NCBI GenBank assembly: GCA_044892525.1
Contig: CM097885.1
Location: 42,534,001-42,598,000 of the forward strand
Reading direction: 5' to 3'
DNA: 64,000 bases
From: Schmidtea polychroa
Taxonomy: Eukaryota
Position numbers and translations under genes: made by a program. The notes under the pieces are model-generated. The model made no database searches. It was not told where the DNA came from and worked only from the letters and a program-made list of their open reading frames with translations. Shown piece after piece: positions 42,093 to 55,356 of this stretch; the stretch's first letter is position 1; each line of letters begins with the position of its first letter.

Positions 42093-43325
42093 TTCCTGTC
42101 ATCATCAGGTGGGATATAATAACTAATTAAATTAAGGATTTTAAACAAATTTTTTAATTATATATAAAAAACTTTTTTATTTAATAAAAACATTTAATTA
42201 TTTTTAAAAAATTATACTTAAATTAATATATTATTTTTAAAAATTTTAGCATTCAAAATTTAATTTAATAATTTAAAAATTTTTATTAATTATTTAATTT
42301 AATACAACAATCAATACATACAATATAAAAAAAACTTATTTAAAAACTTATTTAAAAACGCTCAAAACACAATTCTGCACATTAATTTTCGGCTTCAATG
42401 ATTTTTTCAACAACGCCTTACAAATCACACGTTCCCAATAATTATCGAAATTTTTTAATAAAATTTTAAAATCAGACATACCTATTTTAATCTTACAGCC
42501 CTTATTGTGCTCACCAATAGGGGTCAAAGCCTTCGGTCTACAATGTTCTCGAGCTCGAATACAGAGATGACGGGAAGTCTCTCCAATGTATGTGGCATTA
42601 CACCCATTACATGTAAACTGATAAACGAGATCGGATCACAATTTGACCGGAGTTTTTGACTTATTAATATTGCATACTTTCCATGAAGTTGACACTATCC
42701 TATAATTTAAATTCCCAAACTGCTTTCTTATCTTCACTATTATTATAAAGTGAAAAATTATAAAGTGAAGATAAGAAAGCAGTTAGGGAATTTTAATTAT
42801 AGAATAGTGTCAACTTCATGGAAAGTACGCAACATGTTGTAATATGTTGCAATATGTTGTTGGCTGTAACATTAAAATAGGTATGCCTGATTTTAAAATC
42901 TTATTAAAAAAATTCGATAATTATTTGTGATTTGCTGATTTGTGAGGCGTTGTTGATAAAGTCATTGAATCCGAAAATTAATGTGCAGAATGCAGTAAAT
43001 ACTTGTGTGTTGAGTGTTTTTAAATAAGTTTTTAAATAAATATTTTTTATATTGCATGGATTGATTGTTGTATTAAATTAAATAATTAATAAAATTTTTT
43101 AAATTATTAAATTAAATTTTGAATGCTAAAATTTTAAAAAATAATATCTTAATTTAAGTATAATTTTTTAAAAATAATTAAATGTTTTTATCAAATAAAA
43201 TTTTTTTTATATATAATTAATAAATTTGTTTAAAATCCTTAATTTAATTAGTTATTATATCCCACCTGATGATGACAGGAAAACAGTTGAAATATATCGT
43301 GAAAAGAATGTTTGATTGGCGTTAT
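42093..43325. mobile_element. Penelope-like 3' remnant in fold-back (inverted) arrangement
   Basis: Arms ~42093-42738 and ~42763-43281 are imperfect reverse complements. Minus strand 42540-42635 reads DLVYQFTCNGCNATYIGETSRHLCIRAREHC (GIY-YIG). Confidence 0.85.
43263..43301 (+). ncRNA. Minimal hammerhead-like motif of the Penelope remnant (possibly inactive)
   Basis: CAC-CTGATGA-T-GAC..GTT-GAAA-TATA-TC-GTG, with palindromic stem III ATATAT. Stems I and II are weak. Confidence 0.55.
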
Positions 43326-43327
43326 CT

Positions 43328-43411
<84 letters not shown>

Positions 43412-44286
43412 ATTATTATTTTTACTATTTTATTATTATTAGTATTAATATTATTATTATTATTATAAAAAAATGTTTTTAATTATAAAATTTTATATTG
43501 TCATATTCATTAAAACTGTTATTACCGAATTGCGTTTCCTAAAACCAAACTAAATTAAAACATAACGAATGTTAATAATTTAATGATATTTTTTTTACAT
43601 GTAAAATTTAAAAGAAAATTTTCAAAATATTAATTTACTATAATTCAAACTCAAAATCAAAAATGAATGTTCTGTTATATTTCTAATTAATTATAATTCC
43701 ATTTTATATCTAGCTGAAATGAATCCACTTGTATAGGTTTCCTATACTAATTAATTTAATTGACTAAATTTTTTCTAATTTAAATTAAATATAATGTTAT
43801 ACGAATTTTTAAATCAATTTTTTATTCAATTATTTAAATTAGAATTTATTTTTATCATGAAGATCAAATTATAATTCAAATGTTAAAAAAAAGCCAAATT
43901 TTATTCATTTTCTTGTCAAATTGGCGGTTTCTGTCAATTTATCTGATTTAGAAAGTGACAGAATGGAAATTTAATGAAAAACAAAGATTTATTTCCCTTG
44001 AAAAACGACGTGGATAGTAAATGTTGTCGTAATATTTGACCGATGAGTTACTTACATGGAGATAAATTCTGATTAATTTTCTTGAAATGGTGATTATAAA
44101 TGAGTAAAATTTGAACATGACAGACTTATAATGATGAAATATTTTCATAAATAATAACATGCTGATTCGTATTTTTAATGAAAATTTGATAAATTTACTT
44201 GTTATATAATTTCAAATTTAGGTTTAAGGGCTGAAGTTAAATAATATGAAAATCGTGTATTTGAACATTTACATTGTTTGGTTAAA

Positions 44287-44390
44287 TTTAGAAATTTGGA
44301 AATTATAATAGTACAAGGAATTAGCAGTGTTTTTATATTTATAAAAACACTGCTAATTCCTTGTACTATTATAATTTCCAAATTTCTAAA
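44287..44390. repeat. Perfect 51-bp-arm palindrome (mirror copy at 63191-63294)
   Basis: TTTAGAAATTTGG...GTTTTTATA-TT-TATAAAAAC...CCAAATTTCTAAA. Confidence 0.95.
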
Positions 44391-45669
44391 CAACGTTAAA
44401 ATTCGAATTTTTTATATAAATATTATTTATTTTTCTAGCGATTTATCACGTTTTACTTTTCTATGAGTCGTAGACGAGCAAAAATTTCTATTTAAAACTT
44501 AGAAATTTGGAAAATAATAAATAACCGGAAATTAAGGCAAATAATGGAGAAAAGCATAAAAAACGTACTTTATCATTAAAATATTAAATTTAAAGTTAAT
44601 TCTTAAATTATCAGAAATTGTTAAAAAAATTGATCGAAAACATGGAACAAGGAGAAAATTACTGGAATCACGTAAAAAATTTCCCAAAATTATTTTTAAT
44701 TGAAAACATTTTAGAATATTTTCAAAAATGTATTAAATGACAATTTATTAAATTTTTAATAATAAATTAATTTATATATTCCCTGAAATTCATAATAAAT
44801 ACGAAATTTTAATTTTAATAAAATTATTATTAACATAACAATATTAAAAATATTTGAAAAATATTGAGAAAAAAATATTAATTTAATGCAAAATATAACT
44901 TTAAATTTACCATTTACCCATAATATTTGTCTGGGTTGCATATAATTTATGTGCTTCGGTGTACAGATCTCCAATGGTCAAAGATAATAGGGTAATTACG
45001 GACGATCCAAGATAATGTACTGGAAGTAAAAATAATTATTCTAAAAGTGTTATTGGATGGTAGACTATAAAAGAAAATAAGTTATATTCAGAGACACAAT
45101 TTTTATAGGAGAAAAAGGAGACGTAAGTTGAAACAAAAAAGGGGTAACATAATTAAAAAGAAGACATACTATAATATAAAATTTAAATGAAACGCAAAGT
45201 GAGTAGGTAGTTAGGAGCTCCCTGCAGCAATGGGTCTCGATGGTCCTGGGATTTTCAATAAAAAAAATTTTTCAATACAATAATCCGACTACCACTAAAA
45301 AAGCATGGATTATTCACACTATAGTGAGGGGGTCTCCTTGGTCCTGAGAACTTCAATACAAAAAGGTGGTCTACACTAAAAAACGTGGTAAATTTTTCAA
45401 TTAAAAGTAAATTATGGTCCAAATTTTTCAATTACAGTAAATTATGGTCCAAATTTTTAAATTAAGTAATCAATGGTAAAAAAATTTTAAATTAAAGTTA
45501 AATAAGTAAATTAAAGTAATAATTTTTAAATTTATTAACAAAAAGTTGAAATAATAGGTGTTTGAGAATTGAAATTTTTTAATGAAAATTTTTATGAAAT
45601 AATTTTTTAAGTAATTTTTAATAGAAATTTTAATGAAATATTTTTCAAAGACAAATTTTAATAATAATT

Positions 45670-46480
45670 CAACAACAAACTAACAACTTAGTACCAAAAA
45701 CCAGTAACTTACGAACATGTATTTACAACCAGATACCTACAACTAGTTACTAACAACCTGATACCAACTACTCACAACCGACAACAACCAGCTACTAAGC
45801 ATTATCAACCAAGTACCTACAACCAACTACCAAATACTAACAACTAAAAAAAAACAACTAACAACTAGCTACAACCTACCAAGTACTTACAAGCCACAAC
45901 AACCAGCTAACAACTAACTACCACCTACCAAGTACATACAACCAACATCAACCAGGTTCTAAGCATTAATTATTAACCACTAACTACCTACAACAAGATA
46001 CGAACAACTAGATACCAAGTAAATACAACCACCTCACAAGTACTAACAACCAAAAACAAGCAATCAACTAGGTACCAGTTACCAACTACTAAGTACCTAC
46101 AACCAACTAGGTACTAGATACCAAGTACTTACAACCAACATCAACCAGGTACTAAGCATTAATTATTAACTACTAACTACCTACAACTAGATACTAACAA
46201 CTAGATACCACGTACTAACTAACTCTCAAACAACCAGATATCTACAACCACCTAATAAGTACTAACAACCAAAAACAAGCAACCAACTAGGTACCAAGTA
46301 CTAACAACCAGGTACTAAGCATTAATTATTAACTACTAAGTACCTACAACTAGTTACTAACAACCAGTTACCTGATACCAAGTACCTAAAACCACCTAAT
46401 AAGTAGTAACAACCAAAAACAAGTAACCAACTAGGTACCAAGTACTAACAACCAAAAACAACCAGCTAACAACTAGATAC
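45670..46480 (+). repeat. Strand-asymmetric A/C-rich low-complexity repeat (mirror copy ~61100-61910)
   Basis: Shuffled units ACAACC, TACCAAGTAC, CTAACAAC and AAGCATTAATTATTAAC. Confidence 0.85.
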
Positions 46481-46829
46481 CAAGTAAGTAGGTAGTTAGT
46501 GGCTTACGGCAGCAATAGGGGGGGGGTAAAAATGTTGCAAACTTTTGATTGCATAACTTTTTCCGTAGACATTTTTTGATTACATAATTATTGCCGTAAT
46601 GCCCAATGTTTTCTGGGATTTTAAATACAAATTTTTTTTTTTTTTTTTTTTTTTTTTCAATAAACAAGCCAAGGATAAATATTATTTGGGTGGGTCTCCT
46701 TGGTCCTGAGAATTTCAATAGAAAAAGGTAGTCTTCAATAAAAAAGCATGGATTTTTCACACTATAGTGAGGGGATCTTCTTGGTCATGAGAATTTCAAT
46801 AGAAAAGGTGGTTTACATTAAAAAACGCA

Positions 46830-47490
46830 TAGTAAATTTTTAAAATAAAGTAAATTATGGGTCTAAAATTTAAAAATAAAGTAAATGATGGGTCTAAAAA
46901 TTTAAGTAAATCAAGGTTCAGATTTATTTTTGAAATAAAGTAAATTATGGTCTAAATAAGTAAATTATGGGCTAAGATTTTTCAATTAAAGTAAATAATG
47001 GTTCTAAAAAATTAAATTACAGTAAATTATGGTCCAAATTTTTAAATTAAAGTAAATTATGGTTCTTAAAAATTAAATTAAAGTAAATTATGGTTCTTAA
47101 AAATTAAATTAAAGTAAATTATGGTCAAAATTTTTGAATTACAGTCCAAAAATTTAAATTAAAGTAAATTATGATCCAAATTTTTAAATTAAAGTAAAAA
47201 TTGGTTCTAAAAAATTAAATTAAAGTAAATAATGGTCCAAATATTTTAAATTACAGTAAATAATGGTTCTAAAAATTAAATTACAGTAAATAATGGTCAA
47301 AAATTTTAAAATTAAAGTAAATTATGGTTCTAAAAATTAAATTAAAGTTAATTAAGGTCCAAATTTTAAAATTAAATAATCAATGGTAAAAAAAAATTTA
47401 AATTAAAGTTAAATAAGTAAATTAAAGTAATAATTTTTAAATAAGTAAATTAAAGTAATGTAATAAGTAAATTAAAGTAAGATTTTTAAA
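46830..47490 (+). repeat. ~29-30-bp AT-rich minisatellite (mirror copy ~60090-60750)
   Basis: Repeated AAATTA(A/C)AGTAAATTATGGT(C/T)C..AAA units. Confidence 0.9.
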
Positions 47491-47666
47491 TTTATTAACA
47501 AAAATAGAAGGTGTTTGAGAATTGAAATTTTTTAATGGAAATTTTAATGAATTATTTTTTAAGTAATTTTTAATAGAAATTTTTATGAATAATTTTCAAT
47601 GGTAATTTTTAATGGAAATTTTAATAGAATAATTTTTAAGATAATTTTTAATGAAAATTTTTATGA

Positions 47667-47752
<86 letters not shown>

Positions 47753-47890
47753 TAATATTAATAATATATCAACCAAATACTATACAACACATAAAAAATT
47801 AACTAAACACATAAAAATGAACTAGACACATAACAAACATAAAAATTTACCAAATAACAAATGTAAAGATATAAAATTTATTCAATAAAA

Positions 47891-50800
47891 TTAGTCCTCA
47901 TCGGACAAAATAACGTCATCGATATCGATGTCATCTTCTCCAAAATCTTCATTTAATTCTTCCTCATCTTCTCCATCATTTTCTCCAACATTTTCTGAAA
48001 CATTTTCTGCAACAATTTCTCCAACATTTTCTCCAATATTTAATTCACTTAATCTTACATGCCCATATGCAAGACTAGTATTTTGCCCCACCCAAACCCT
48101 TTTGTCATCTTTGTTAGTTAGTGCTATTTTTGTGTTTTTAATTGTAAAAATTTGATGATTTTTGCTTGTTATTTTAGTCTGAGGAACCGAAAAAATCTGG
48201 TTAGTGTTATAACAATCCAGGTATGACTGATGTTTTATGTCACTACCTTTCAATGTTACACCTTTAGCCTTTTTTGTTTCCTCATCACCCAACAAGCTAT
48301 AACATTTAGGTCTAAGAAAAACCCACTCCTTATATTTAAGACCTTTATTCTCGTCTTTGAACTTTCCAATGACTGAATCAAGGTTCTTACTATATAAGGA
48401 ATGACAACTATTGTAATTGGAAGTATCCAATAAATTATCTCGAACCATTGCAGGTAAAAGAACCTCAAGTTTGCAGTTAATGACTTCGAGGAAAAAAGAA
48501 TCTGTATCACCTGCAACGATATTAATTTTACAATTAAACTCATTGCGAAATGATTCCAGATCCTTATATTGCAATTCATACATTCTAAGTTTAGATAGAT
48601 CAAGTACAGATTGACCAATGTAACTCGGTCTATCTAAACATATAGAATCGGAATTCAATAGTGCTGCAATTAAATTATCTGCTATTTTAATAGATTTTTT
48701 AAAAGTCGGTTTTGACGAATATTTAACTAATTTACCGGCAGTTGTACAAAGACGAAGATTCATTCTTCTCTTTAAATTTTCAACTGTTTTGCCGTATAAA
48801 CTATTATTTAGCAATTTATAATAATTTTTATCTAAGCTATTTACGCTTTTTGATCTTAATTCGGTATTTGTATCTATATATTTTTTAAAAATTGGTGATT
48901 GCTTAAATCTTACACCCCTATTTACACGTGTTACTTTAACACCAAGTTCCAAATATAATTTTAATAATCTCCAATGAATAACATAATTAGATTTTGGAAG
49001 ATGAGTTAATAATAATTTTTCAACCTTAGACCCAGCAGGTTTCATTTTTTCAGCAGCTACAGGGAAATCATCCAACTTATCATGAAGCTCAGAAGGAATT
49101 ACAAGATCAACTTCAAGTGTGTATCCATAAGACAAAGATTCAAGATTTAAATTCCTACATTCATCCATTATTTTATCAAATCCATCAAGAACCCAACAAA
49201 ATTCGCCACAAGGTAATGATTGACTTAAAGCCCAGCCATAAAGATTATTAATATCTATATATAGTAACTCAGTGTTCTCGTCGGTTTTTACGTAATGCTT
49301 ATTCACAAAAGTAAGACCGCCTCTTATTCCACCCTCATAAAAGCTAAACATTTCGTTTTCAGTTATGAGTTCAATTGGTTCATTTAAAGACATTAATGCA
49401 GAAGACCAAGACATGCCTGGAATTCCGAAATAATTCAATGGTTCCAATCTATTGTGAGCAATGGATTTCAACCGAAACTGATGAAAGAAATCAGCCAAAA
49501 GAAAACAATCAAGTTTTAGGTAGATCATCATATAATCTAATAAAGTTACGCAATTAGTTTCTACCCAAATCTCCTGAGCTTTTTCATACTCAAGCTCAGT
49601 GACACCCTCCCAGATTGGTGGTAATTCATAAGTAGTTTGGAGAATATCTAAAGAAGTGGCGAAATTATAAGGGAAGATTCCTTTTTCACTTACTATGGTG
49701 CCAGAAAAAGCAGAATTAGTAAAAGGCAAAGAATTCAAAGTTTTGACTGCTTTAGCCAAAGAATCATTGACAAATTGATACGAATCAATGAATCTTAGGC
49801 TAATTTTACCTAAATGAGCAATCAAAGATATAAATTTTTCCGTAGTTATTGGGATGCACCCTAAATTCCAATTTTTAAATTTATTTAATCCATATTTAAG
49901 TATATGGTGCATATCGTATCCCTTCAAGTTGTGAAATACGATAGGCAAAATTTTATTTATTTTCCTATTTATGTTACATGTGCTACAAGCTGCACCCAAG
50001 TATTTCCCCGTAAAATGATCGTGATCTCTAACAGGATCCACGATAGATTTCAAACAAAGATAACAAACAGATGCACTAACAAATTAACGTTGTTCAATTT
50101 TTGTTAATTTCATCATAGGTTTCCTACCCATTTTATAATAAAAAGGAAGAACCTTATTTAATGCTATATCCTCTATAGCACTTAAAAAACTCTCGACGCA
50201 ATCTAAACCTATGAACTGCTGATAAGATTTAGATCCGTCAAAGTTATTTACTAGTAAAAGACCAGCAGATATTGGCATGTGTCGCTGAAAATGATCATTA
50301 TCAGAAGGTAAAATAGCCTCAAAATCGGCATAAACTACAAAAGGAGGAGTTACTGTTTTCGACCAGTCAGTAAACTGTAAGAATTTATTTTGAGGGAAAG
50401 TATAAAGAGTTGTTCCTAATTGATTACGTTTGCATAATATTTCATGTTTTTCTAGTGCGTTTCTATTATTAAACCCATTCAAACACCGATGGCACCATAA
50501 TGAACGTATGCGTGTAGGACAAGTAGTGTTGATACCACAATTCAATAACCTATTTAAATTGCTTATAGCAACGTAATGGAAATTGTTCCCTTTATTTAAT
50601 AATAGTAAATTAATTACAGTTCCATTTAAAACTTTGGAACGATGTATAATGTCTAAATGTGGGTGTTTTAAAACGTAATTATCTATTAATTGTTTGTTAT
50701 TGTCATAAGAAAAAACGTTAATTATTAAACCAGGATTTTTGGCCTCGAATTTTCTAATATCTTTTAATTTCATGGGTAAGTCCAATGGATTATATATTAA

Positions 50801-52223
50801 TTCAGATAAATTATAACTGGATGTCCTATTTCTAGCATAACTACTAACCTCATCATATTTTAAAATAGCTAAAATGCTATATAAAAAACATGAATCATCG
50901 GTGTTTTTTATATTAATTAAACAATATTTATTTTTTAGATAAGTAGGTAGTTCAATGAAACTCCTACCACTTAATCTACTTAGCCTACTTATCTTTGTTA
51001 TGGTGAAGTGAATTTCTGTTATTTTTTTTATGATCCAGCTACTTCCTAACTCTGTGATATTACTTATTTTCTCGTTTAGTTCCCTAATGCCTTCGTCAAA
51101 AAATGATGCAGTTAAAGGCTTTGCATAATTTGAGATATTATTAACCTTTATTTCCCCGTCTTTTTCAAATTCGATTGTTATTCCGAATTGAATTTTGACG
51201 GAGCCTAATTCGTTAATAATATCTCGTAATTTTTTTATTAGTTGTTCAGGAAATATTATTTCTTTTATATTTAAGTCGCTTGTATTTAAGCTTAATATTT
51301 GATGGGTACCTCTTAGATCTTTTTGTATTATTGGAACATTTCCACCTATTTGTATTATATTTAATCCATCCCAAGAGTCAAGGGAAATATTATCTAATCC
51401 GACCTGGGATTCAACAACCAATCCATCATGGGATTCGACAACCAATCCATCATTGGATTCCACAAAAGGCAATCCGACCTGGGATTCAAAAGAAGAAGTA
51501 TCTAATTTAATTTTTTTATTTTTTTCTATAGTTGAGGGTCTTTTAAAAACACTATCTTTTTTAAAATTAAACCTATCTAAATGATTTTTATGTTTATTAT
51601 AAAAAACGCTATATGTTACGGGGTCACTAGTCTTACATACGGGACATATAAAATAAGTTTTATTATAATATTTTTTCGTATAATAATTCTCCATTATAGA
51701 ATGGCAATTATTATCATGTTCTTTCGATGAACAATAATTTGGGTAAAGTATACCTATAAAATAAAAATTTAATAAAAAAAATATAATTTAAATGAAATAT
51801 TTTAGTAAATGTTTACGCAAAAATTTGCAAATTATTATTATTTTACAAATTTTATTTACTAAAAAATAAAAATTTACTAAATTAAAAATATTAACATTTA
51901 CTTAAATAAAAAATTATATTAAATTTCCTTTAAATTATAAAAAGTAATCAATACTTACATTGTAAATTTTCATTTCGATTTATTGACACATTGACATAAT
52001 TTTTTTCTTTATTCGTATTACCTAAATTATTAATTAATTAAATCAATAAATTAAAAATTATGTTTACTTTTTCTTTTCAAATTTCCTTTAATCTTAGATT
52101 TTAAATTGTCTTCATTAATATTATCTAAATTAATTAATAAATTAATTAATAAATAAATTAAAATTTACCAAATTTCTGAATTTTTTCTCGGACATTCATA
52201 ACGTTTTCTATTAAAGAATTCAT
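47891..52223 (-). CDS. Protein-primed family B DNA polymerase (Polinton/Maverick/adintovirus-type), left copy; 4 exons, one internal TAA
   Basis: Mirror of 55357-59689. Predicted exons are 52223-52169, 52124-52068, 52021-51959 and 51753-47891, with the stop at 50084-50086. Confidence 0.88.
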
Positions 52224-52729
52224 TTTTAAAGGTTAACTATTTGTTAAATGTGACTAATGATTGATTATTGTTTATAGATTATTATTGTTTATAGATTATT
52301 ATTGTTCATAGGAACAAATTCTAACCAATCAAAATCAAGGAAGGGTAGGAAAAATTAATTTATTTTAAAACACATTTTGACGCTAAAGTTGACTTATTTA
52401 ACATTTTCATAATAATTTAATAAAAATAATGTGATGAACACACAAAGTAATATCATTTTTCATCAAATTGCAAAACAGTAATAACGTTTTCATAAAATTG
52501 TAACAAAGTAATAACATATTTCAGATAAATTTTCAACAGTTGTAAAATATTTAAGCAAATTGTAACAAGATTAGAAAATATTACAACAAAGTAATAAAAT
52601 AATAATGGTAATTAAGACAAATCAATACATTATTTCGAAGACGGACAACAAATTAAAAAGAATATTGTAACTAAAATAATAAAAATATTGCAACAAAGTA
52701 ATAAAATAATACAACATTTTAAACTCTAG

Positions 52730-53150
52730 ATCAATCCATTTTATAGAAAATTAAATTTTATCTATATAATATATGAATAAATATCCAAGGAAATTACGTT
52801 AACGTATAATAAATACAAATTTATCGTAAAAACATGTGTGTATTACACACAAAACAAGATACATAATTTCTAATCAATCCATTTTATAGAAAATTAAATT
52901 TTATCTATATATTATATGAATAAAATCCTAAGAAAATTACGTTAACTGTATGAAAAATACAAATTTATCATAAAAACATGTGTGTATTACACACAACATA
53001 CGAGACATAATTTTTAATCAAGCTATTTTATAGAAAATTAAATTTTATCTATATATTAAATGAATAAAAATCCAAGAAAATTACGTTAACCGCGCGAAAA
53101 ACTACAAATTTATTGTAAAAACATGTGTGCATTACACACAAAGCATCAAA
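52730..53150. repeat. Three tandem ~143-bp repeats (mirror copy ~54430-54850)
   Basis: Unit ATTTTATAGAAAATTAAATTTTATCTATAT...AAATTACGTTAAC...TAAAAACATGTGTG(T/C)ATTACACACAA. Confidence 0.9.
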
Positions 53151-53324
53151 CTGAAATTGTAATTGCGCCATGTTGTAGAGAATTAAATTCTCCCTATACA
53201 TGGTTACACTTAAATCTCGATCAGACATGTGAAAAGAGACATAAAAGAGAAAGAACAGTAGAGTAGTATGATTGGGGCCCGCCTGGCCAGGAGCCCGCTC
53301 GGCCACATATACCCTCTCCCCCCG

Positions 53325-54253
53325 TGTGTAAAATAATGTTAATAATAATATTTATACATCAGTAGATAGATCTTGCACTAAGCTTCAAAATAAGCTATCC
53401 AATAATAAATTCGGATAATGGGAACGATAACTTTGGGGCAAACGAAAACCAGGTCACCGCTGGACCACTAATAATTATATGACCTTGAAAATGATTTTTG
53501 GTTAAATGTTAATAACTTTGTTAATATTAATGATGATGATACCTTCCATGGATCAATCGAAAGGTCTTAGACCGAGCTTTAAAATGAGGTATCGTTTAAT
53601 AATATTTGTTGGCGGGAACTCTGTACATTTAAACTTTAAAATATGACATTGAAAAATTAAATGATCACTTAATTAAAACAAAAAATTAAATTAAAAAATG
53701 ACCTTGAAAAAAAAATGACCTTGAAAAATAAATGACCTTGGAAATAATAAATGACCTTGAAAAAATAAATGACCTTGGAAATAATAATATTTTGAAAAAT
53801 AAATGACCTTGAAAATGGTCTCGGGAAAACGTTAATAATTTTGCCAATAATAATGATGATGATAATATTTATACATCAGTAGATAGATCTTGCACTAAGC
53901 TTCAAAATAAGCTATCAAATAATACATTCGGATAATGGTAACGATAACTTTGGGGCAAACGAAAACCAGGTCACCGCTGGACCACTAATAATTATATGAC
54001 CTTGAAAATGATTTTTGGTTAAATGTTAATAACTTTGTTAATATTAATGATGATGATACCTTCTATGGATCAATCGAAAGGTCTTAGACCGAGCTTTAAA
54101 ATGAGGTATCGTTTAATAATATTTGTTGGCGGGAACTCTGTACATTTAAATTTTAAAATATGACCTTGAAAAATTAAATGATCACTTAATTAAAACAAAA
54201 AATTAAATTAAAAAATGACCTTGACCTTTTATTTTTAAAAAAAAATTTTTTCC
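53325..54253. repeat. Central spacer: two ~360-bp direct repeats (period 517) plus an ATGACCTTG cluster
   Basis: TTTATACATCAGTAGATAGATCTTGCAC begins at 53351 and 53868. More than ten TGACCTTG motifs are present. Confidence 0.9.
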
Positions 54254-55244
54254 CGGGGGGGGAGGGGGTATATGTGGCCGGGCGGGGACCTGGCCTGGAT
54301 GGCCCCAATCATACTACTCTACTGTTCTTTCTCTTTTATGTCTCTTTTCACATGTCTGATCGAGATTTAAGTGTAACCATGTATAGGGAGAATTTAATTC
54401 TCTACAACATGGCGCAATTACAATTTCAGTTTGATGCTTTGTGTGTAATGCACACATGTTTTTACAATAAATTTGTAGTTTTTCGCGCGGTTAACGTAAT
54501 TTTCTTGGATTTTTATTCATTTAATATATAGATAAAATTTAATTTTCTATAAAATAGCTTGATTAAAAATTATGTCTCGTATGTTGTGTGTAATACACAC
54601 ATGTTTTTATGATAAATTTGTATTTTTCATACAGTTAACGTAATTTTCTTAGGATTTTATTCATATAATATATAGATAAAATTTAATTTTCTATAAAATG
54701 GATTGATTAGAAATTATGTATCTTGTTTTGTGTGTAATACACACATGTTTTTACGATAAATTTGTATTTATTATACGTTAACGTAATTTCCTTGGATATT
54801 TATTCATATATTATATAGATAAAATTTAATTTTCTATAAAATGGATTGATCTAGAGTTTAAAATGTTGTATTATTTTATTACTTTGTTGCAATATTTTTA
54901 TTATTTTAGTTACAATATTCTTTTTAATTTGTTGTCCGTCTTCGAAATAATGTATTGATTTGTCTTAATTACCATTATTATTTTATTACTTTGTTGTAAT
55001 ATTTTCTAATCTTGTTACAATTTGCTTAAATATTTTACAACTGTTGAAAATTTATCTGAAATATGTTATTACTTTGTTACAATTTTATGAAAACGTTATT
55101 ACTGTTTTGCAATTTGATGAAAAATGATATTACTTTGTGTGTTCATCACATTATTTTTATTAAATTATTATGAAAATGTTAAATAAGTCAACTTTAGCGT
55201 CAAAATGTGTTTTAAAATAAATTAATTTTTCCTACCCTTCCTTG

Positions 55245-55335
55245 ATTTTGATTGGTTAGAATTTGTTCCTATGAACAATAATAATCTATAAACAATAATA
55301 ATCTATAAACAATAATCAATCATTAGTCACATTTA
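55245..55335 (+). promoter_or_regulatory. Candidate Pol II promoter of the pPolB gene
   Basis: Inverted CCAAT (GATTGGTT ~55250), two CTATAAA boxes and an Inr-like TTAGTC at ~55323, ahead of ATG 55357. Confidence 0.4.
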
Positions 55336-55356
55336 ACAAATAGTTAACCTTTAAAA

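Noticed and set aside
50084..51694. The 536-aa ORF (and its mirror) as a separate gene
   Set aside because: It is in frame with the 720-aa ORF and holds the ExoI motif, so it is the N-terminal half of the same polymerase.
53049..53306. 85-aa ORFs at the inner arm tips (and 54274-54531)
   Set aside because: They start with GTG, run into the tandem repeats and have no recognisable motif.
52730..54253. Repeat arrays as CRISPR
   Set aside because: The context is eukaryotic, the units are tandem without unique spacers, and there are no cas genes.
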